From positions 24,074-88,073 of the forward strand of contig CAYVKP010000002.1 in assembly GCA_964452165.1 (NCBI GenBank): DNA of 64,000 bases, in the 5' to 3' direction. This document shows, one piece after another, positions 59,304 through 64,000 of the stretch. This stretch comes from an uncultured Gammaproteobacteria bacterium. Its GTDB lineage: Bacteria > Patescibacteriota > Microgenomatia > Levybacterales > GWA1-39-11. The translations under genes were made by a program, and so were the position numbers. The notes beneath the pieces were generated by a model, which made no database searches, was not told where the DNA came from, and saw only the letters and a list, made by a program, of their open reading frames with translations. Position 1 is the first letter of the stretch. Each line of letters begins with the position of its first letter.

Positions 59304-61703
59304 ATGCTCAAATACGGATCTTACTCCTCAAGGCGTGAAAGATTCTCTCGCGGCAGGTCTTTTAAATTCAATAATGTAGTTTTGCTCAGCAAGCTTTCAA
59401 AATACGCTTTGTTTGCAGTTATAGGTTTTGTTGTCCTCTTCTTTTTGTATTTTTTGTGGGCGTCGCGTGATCTTCCAACTCCGGGAAAACTTGCAAACTC
59501 GGAAATAAAAGATTCAACCAAGATCCTTGATAAGAATGGCATAGTCCTCTACTCCATTTTCAAAGACTATAATAGGCTCTATATTCCTCTCAAGCAAATT
59601 CCCACTAACTTGCAAAAAGCAACAATCGCAACCGAAGATAAGGATTTTTATACAAACCAAGGGTTTTCTATAACAGGTTTGTTCCGCGGTATATTTTTGG
59701 ATCCGTTGCTTAAGAGTCGAGCCACCGGAGGTTCAACCATCACGCAGCAGTTAGTAAAAAACACTTTGTTGACTCCCGAAAGAAGCCTAACTAGAAAACT
59801 TAAAGAACTGATTTTGGCAATAGAAGTTGATAAGAGATTTTCAAAGAATCAAATTCTTGAAATGTATCTCAATAATGTTCCTTATGGCGGTACGGCCGTT
59901 GGGGTTGAGGCGGCTGCAAATTTATACTTTGGAAAGCACGCCAGCGAACTTGATTTGGCACAGGCCGCTTTCATGGCAGGGCTTCCACAGTTACCATCGG
60001 TCTACTCTCCATATGCAAATCCCGGCAGCAAAGCATATGTTGGAAGAACAGCGCAAGTCCTTAACCGCATGAGATCTGAAGGAATCATTTCAAAAAAGCA
60101 AGTTGATGATTCTATGAAAGAAGTAAGCACATTTAAATTCACGCAAAAACAAGGAAATCTTAAGGCTCCACACTTTGTCCAGTATGTTAAGGAGCAACTA
60201 GTTAAATTGTATGGTGAGGCTGTGGTTGAGGGTGGAAACTTAACGGTTCAAACAACTCTTGATTACAATATTCAAAAAAATGCTGAGGATATAGTAAATA
60301 GCGAGGTGGCAAAACTTAAGGACTATAGTGTTGGAAATGGTGCCGCAATTGTTATGGATCCCAAGACCGGAGCGGTTCTGGCCATGGTTGGAAGCCACGA
60401 TTATTTTGATACAGACCACGAGGGAAATTTCAATGCGGCAACAGCAAGGCGCCAACCGGGATCTTCTCTTAAGCCAATAATGTACGCGACCGCTTTTGAG
60501 AAGGGATACACGCCGGCTACTTTAATTATGGACCTAAAGACTGAATTTCCAACCAATGTTCCGGGTCAGGATTCTTATAGACCTGTTAACTATGATGGTA
60601 AATATCGCGGTCCTGTCCAAATAAGATTTGCTCTTGGTAGCTCTCTCAACGTTCCGGCGGTAAAGATGCTTGCAAGAGTTGGAATAAAGCCCGTTATGCA
60701 AAAAGCATATGATATGGGAATTGAAAACTGGAAGCCGACAGATGAAAATCTGAGAAGTGTAGGACTCTCGCTTGTCCTGGGAGGCCGGGAGACGAGCCTT
60801 CTTGAAGAAGCAACGGCGTATTCTGTTTTTGCGGATCAGGGAATAAAGCACGATCCCTTCTCAATCGTTGAAGTGAAAGATTCAAACGGAAAAACAATTT
60901 ATAAATATCACGAGTCAAATGGCGTCCGCGTTTTGTCTCAGGAAGTGTCTTTCTTGATCTCCCATATCTTGCTTGATGACAACGCCAGGTCTGACGCATT
61001 CGGTAGATACTCTCTTCTTAATATTCCCGGAAAAACCGTTTCGGTCAAAACAGGAACAACAGACAACAAGCGCGATAACTGGGCTGTGGGATACACCTCG
61101 TCCTACGTTGTTGGAGTTTGGGTAGGGAATAACAATAATGCGGCAATGAATCCGAGGATTGCGTCTGGTATCACGGGCGCAACTCCGATTTGGAACAAGA
61201 TAATGCAGTCGGTTCTTAAGGGTAAGCCCGACGAGCAACCGCATAAGCCCGATAATGTGAACGCCGTGCAGATTGATTCTTTCTCGGGTGGTCTGCCTCG
61301 TGATGGTCAGCCTACCAGGACTGAATATTTTGTGAAAGGTACCGAGCCAACAACAAATTCTGTAATTTACAAAAAAGTTAAATTGTCAAAGCACCAGGGA
61401 GGAAAACTGGCCAACTCAGATGAAATTTCCCACGGAGATTATGACGTGAAGGAGTATGTTGTTTTTGAGGAATCAGATCCTGTTTCCCAAGATGGAAAAA
61501 ACCGCTGGCAGGACGCGATAAACGCATGGCTTAATGAAGCTCACAAAGACGATTCAACCTACCGTCCGCCGACTGACACGTCAGACTACAAATACGATTC
61601 AAATAATAATTCCAGCAATCCTACGGCAACTCCAACGCCGTCAGGTTCACCCACACCAACACTTACCCCTACGCCAACGGGTATTTTACCGACCCTACCC
61701 TAA
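59304..61703 (+). CDS. class A penicillin-binding protein (bifunctional transglycosylase/transpeptidase)
   Basis: 799 aa. An N-terminal TM helix, GT51 motifs (…EDKDFY…, …RKLKELILAIEVDKRFSK…), a transpeptidase domain with SxxK/SxN/KTG, and a C-terminal Pro/Thr-rich tail. Confidence 0.9.
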   Translation: MLKYGSYSSRRERFSRGRSFKFNNVVLLSKLSKYALFAVIGFVVLFFLYFLWASRDLPTPGKLANSEIKDSTKILDKNGIVLYSIFKDYNRLYIPLKQIPTNLQKATIATEDKDFYTNQGFSITGLFRGIFLDPLLKSRATGGSTITQQLVKNTLLTPERSLTRKLKELILAIEVDKRFSKNQILEMYLNNVPYGGTAVGVEAAANLYFGKHASELDLAQAAFMAGLPQLPSVYSPYANPGSKAYVGRTAQVLNRMRSEGIISKKQVDDSMKEVSTFKFTQKQGNLKAPHFVQYVKEQLVKLYGEAVVEGGNLTVQTTLDYNIQKNAEDIVNSEVAKLKDYSVGNGAAIVMDPKTGAVLAMVGSHDYFDTDHEGNFNAATARRQPGSSLKPIMYATAFEKGYTPATLIMDLKTEFPTNVPGQDSYRPVNYDGKYRGPVQIRFALGSSLNVPAVKMLARVGIKPVMQKAYDMGIENWKPTDENLRSVGLSLVLGGRETSLLEEATAYSVFADQGIKHDPFSIVEVKDSNGKTIYKYHESNGVRVLSQEVSFLISHILLDDNARSDAFGRYSLLNIPGKTVSVKTGTTDNKRDNWAVGYTSSYVVGVWVGNNNNAAMNPRIASGITGATPIWNKIMQSVLKGKPDEQPHKPDNVNAVQIDSFSGGLPRDGQPTRTEYFVKGTEPTTNSVIYKKVKLSKHQGGKLANSDEISHGDYDVKEYVVFEESDPVSQDGKNRWQDAINAWLNEAHKDDSTYRPPTDTSDYKYDSNNNSSNPTATPTPSGSPTPTLTPTPTGILPTLP

Positions 61704-61725
61704 TACGCAGTGATATAATAACTGC

Positions 61726-62592
61726 ATGTTAATTCCTACCAAAAAGTTAAAAAACGGATTTGAATTACCGGTTTATGGCATCGGGACTTGGCAAATGGGT
61801 GGTCGCGAAACTTATAATCCCGAAAATGACGATAGAGCTGATATTAATGCAATCAAAGCGGCAATTGATGAAGGTGTGACTCATATTGATACGGCGGAGA
61901 TATATGCGGAGGGTCATGCTGAGAAAATAGTCGGCGAGGCAATAAAGGGACATGATAGACAAAAGCTTTTTATTGTTTCCAAGGTTCAGTTTATTCATCT
62001 ATCAAAATACGAGGACGTCATACAAGCAGCAAAAGATAGTTTGAAAAGAATTGGGACAGATTATCTCGATTTATATCTACTGCATAGACCAAGTCCCAAT
62101 ATTAGAGAAACCATGAGAGCAATGGACGATCTCATAAAGCAAGGACTCATAAGGAATATGGGGGTTTGTAATTTAAACATCGAAGAGTTTGATGAAGCCC
62201 AAGCATGCACGAAAAACAAGATCGTAATTAATCAACTTCACTACAACGTAAAATATCGCGAAATGGAAAAAAGAGGTCTGCTCTCTTATTGTCAGAAGAA
62301 TGATGTTATGCTCGTGGCATGGCGACCACTTCAGAAAGGAATCATTCTAGATGAAGAGACGAATATTCTTACAGAAATGGCTGAAAAATATCACAAAACT
62401 CCCGCGCAAATAGCTATTAACTGGCTCATATCCCAAGATAACGTGGTAACTTTATCCAAAACAACTAGCATAGGTCACTTGAAAGAAAATCTAGGAGCTG
62501 TTGGTTGGGAAATGGATCTTGAGGATGTGGAGCGATTGCGAAAAGAATATCCGGATCAAGTGTTTGTTTCCGATGCTGTCCCTTTACACTAA
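61726..62592 (+). CDS. aldo/keto reductase
   Basis: 288 aa. AKR motifs (…GIGTWQMGG…, …IDTAEIYAEGHAEKIVG…). Confidence 0.85.
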   Translation: MLIPTKKLKNGFELPVYGIGTWQMGGRETYNPENDDRADINAIKAAIDEGVTHIDTAEIYAEGHAEKIVGEAIKGHDRQKLFIVSKVQFIHLSKYEDVIQAAKDSLKRIGTDYLDLYLLHRPSPNIRETMRAMDDLIKQGLIRNMGVCNLNIEEFDEAQACTKNKIVINQLHYNVKYREMEKRGLLSYCQKNDVMLVAWRPLQKGIILDEETNILTEMAEKYHKTPAQIAINWLISQDNVVTLSKTTSIGHLKENLGAVGWEMDLEDVERLRKEYPDQVFVSDAVPLH

Positions 62593-64000
62593 TTCTGCTT
62601 TGAAGCGTGTTTTGAGGGCTGAAATTATTTTCTCCCTGACTTCCTTTATGTCTTCATTCGTGAGATTTTTCTCCTCAGACTGATACGTTATGGTAAATGT
62701 CTTTTTGTTTTTGTAAACGTCAAGAAGCGAGACGTCAACAATTAAATTACTCTGCTCTCTTATTGTTTTGACAATTTTCTCGTAAGTTAAGTTAGGATCT
62801 ATTTCAAAGCGTAAATCTTCATAAGCCTTTGGAAAATGAGATGAAGGCTTATAAATCTTTGCTAGCGTTGCGTGTTTCATTAATATTTCAAAGTCGATTT
62901 CAAAGTCAACAATGTTTTCCTCAAGGTGCTCTATTTGTCCCAGAAAATCTTTCTCAATATAGACATCGGCGCCCGTGCTTGCGCTTTTGGTTTTATGCAT
63001 TTCATAATTTTTAACCCCAAAGTCAGCAAGAATTTGCTCAACCATTCCTTTCGCTTCAAAAAAGCTTACATTATCTTTTTTTATGATTGTTGCAAACATT
63101 AACTTTTCATCCGGGAGAGAATTTGTTTTCTTATGATAAACATTCGCAATTTCAAAGAGCATTAAGTCTTTCCTGTTTTTATTCTCACGGATAGCCGAAA
63201 GCAGGCTTGGAACAAGCGTAGTCCTCATATATATATGGTCGTCAGTCAGAGGGTTTTTAATGGTTACAGATTGGGTCATTGGTCCTTCCAGTAAATCTTC
63301 TGAGACCATTGGGTAAGTGTAGACTTCTGTTGCGCCCCAGTATTTCATTGCAGATCTAGCTCTTTTTTCAAAATAAAAAAGATCCTGCGCTTGGTTATAT
63401 ATTTGAGTGCTGGTGTTGGCGGGTAAGATGCTTGGAAGCTTAAAGTATCCATAAATTCTGGCAACTTCCTCAACTAAGTCCTCAGGAATTTGGACATCTG
63501 CGCTTCTTGAAGATGGAACAACGGCCTTAATTTCCTGACCGGCAACAGTTATGTCGAAGCCTAAGTCTTCCAAAATCTTCGCTGAAGCTTTAATTCCAAT
63601 ATCAACGCCCAGTACGGAATTAATTTTTTCCTGGGAGATAGTTACGGTCTTTCTAGAGGGCTTATTTGGATATTTATCAAAAACTTTAGAAATAACTTTT
63701 CCATCTGCAATATCAGCAAGAAGCTGTACTCCTCGTTCGATTGCTTTGAGAGCCAGTTCCGCGTCTACTCCCTTTTCATTCAAAACCGCCGCATCAGTCC
63801 TGACAGCAAGACTCATGGAGGTTTTTCTTATTTTTGACGGTTCATTATTATCTACAAAAAGTAATACTCTTTTTGTGTCATCATCAACCGAGGAATTTTT
63901 AGTCCCGATTACTCCGAGCAAATCTATTATTGTGCCTGTCCCATCATCAGCAACAATATCTCCTCCCGCCAGTGTATGCTCGGTGTTGTGTAAGTCGACA
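62584..64000 (-). CDS. pheT: phenylalanyl-tRNA synthetase beta subunit, C-terminal portion (the 5' end lies beyond the window)
   Basis: B3/B4 and B5 domains (…EDLVEEVARIYGY…), the class II-like catalytic-like domain and a C-terminal FDX-ACB domain. The ORF continues past position 64000. Confidence 0.85.
   Translation of the reverse strand, partial: VDLHNTEHTLAGGDIVADDGTGTIIDLLGVIGTKNSSVDDDTKRVLLFVDNNEPSKIRKTSMSLAVRTDAAVLNEKGVDAELALKAIERGVQLLADIADGKVISKVFDKYPNKPSRKTVTISQEKINSVLGVDIGIKASAKILEDLGFDITVAGQEIKAVVPSSRSADVQIPEDLVEEVARIYGYFKLPSILPANTSTQIYNQAQDLFYFEKRARSAMKYWGATEVYTYPMVSEDLLEGPMTQSVTIKNPLTDDHIYMRTTLVPSLLSAIRENKNRKDLMLFEIANVYHKKTNSLPDEKLMFATIIKKDNVSFFEAKGMVEQILADFGVKNYEMHKTKSASTGADVYIEKDFLGQIEHLEENIVDFEIDFEILMKHATLAKIYKPSSHFPKAYEDLRFEIDPNLTYEKIVKTIREQSNLIVDVSLLDVYKNKKTFTITYQSEEKNLTNEDIKEVREKIISALKTRFKAELV

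Overview
This 64-kb window looks like a compact, low-GC (~40%) bacterial chromosome segment with tightly packed, often overlapping genes. Its content is consistent with a reduced-genome Patescibacteria/CPR-like organism, although that taxonomic call is inference only.

Most of the window is core housekeeping:
- aminoacyl-tRNA synthetases (hisS, cysS, tyrS, a partial pheT)
- the rpsF-ssb-rpsR cluster, followed (after ctpA, cysS and other genes) by dnaB
- gyrB-ppa-gyrA
- the rpsP / KH-domain protein / trmD cluster
- rnc, nusB and rpmF (rpmF is hidden in a frame the ORF track misses)
- recG, purD, purC, folD, pyrB, efp, a NIF3 homologue, yebC, a class A penicillin-binding protein, and two tRNAs (Ala-CGC on the plus strand, Leu-CAA on the minus strand).

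A complete type IV pilus locus spans 40.0-52.0 kb. It carries pilC, pilT and pilB on the minus strand, then an embedded short holB-like gene, six pilin or pseudopilin genes, pilD, a PilX-like gene, and pilM, pilN and pilO.

The most unusual feature is a ~2.1-kb island at 5.7-7.8 kb. Its GC content (~53-58%) is clearly above the rest of the window. It holds 7-8 tiny, co-oriented, tightly spaced ORFs (30-143 aa) that are almost all predicted membrane or secreted proteins with no recognisable family. Each is preceded by a strong purine-rich Shine-Dalgarno sequence. Two of the intergenic spacers share a near-identical motif of stop codon, short hairpin and Shine-Dalgarno sequence. This looks like a horizontally acquired, undescribed small-membrane-protein cassette, possibly of phage or high-GC host origin.

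A second odd locus is a ~960-bp ORF-free, AT-rich spacer at 25.73-26.69 kb between convergent genes. It contains a dispersed GAGGCTAAA motif (two forward copies, two reverse), a perfect 8-bp-stem hairpin and a perfect 20-bp palindrome. It lies directly beside an accessory-looking module of a GH37 trehalase, a XerC/D-type recombinase, a PfkB sugar kinase and an APH-like kinase.

No CRISPR array, rRNA or obvious transposase is present.
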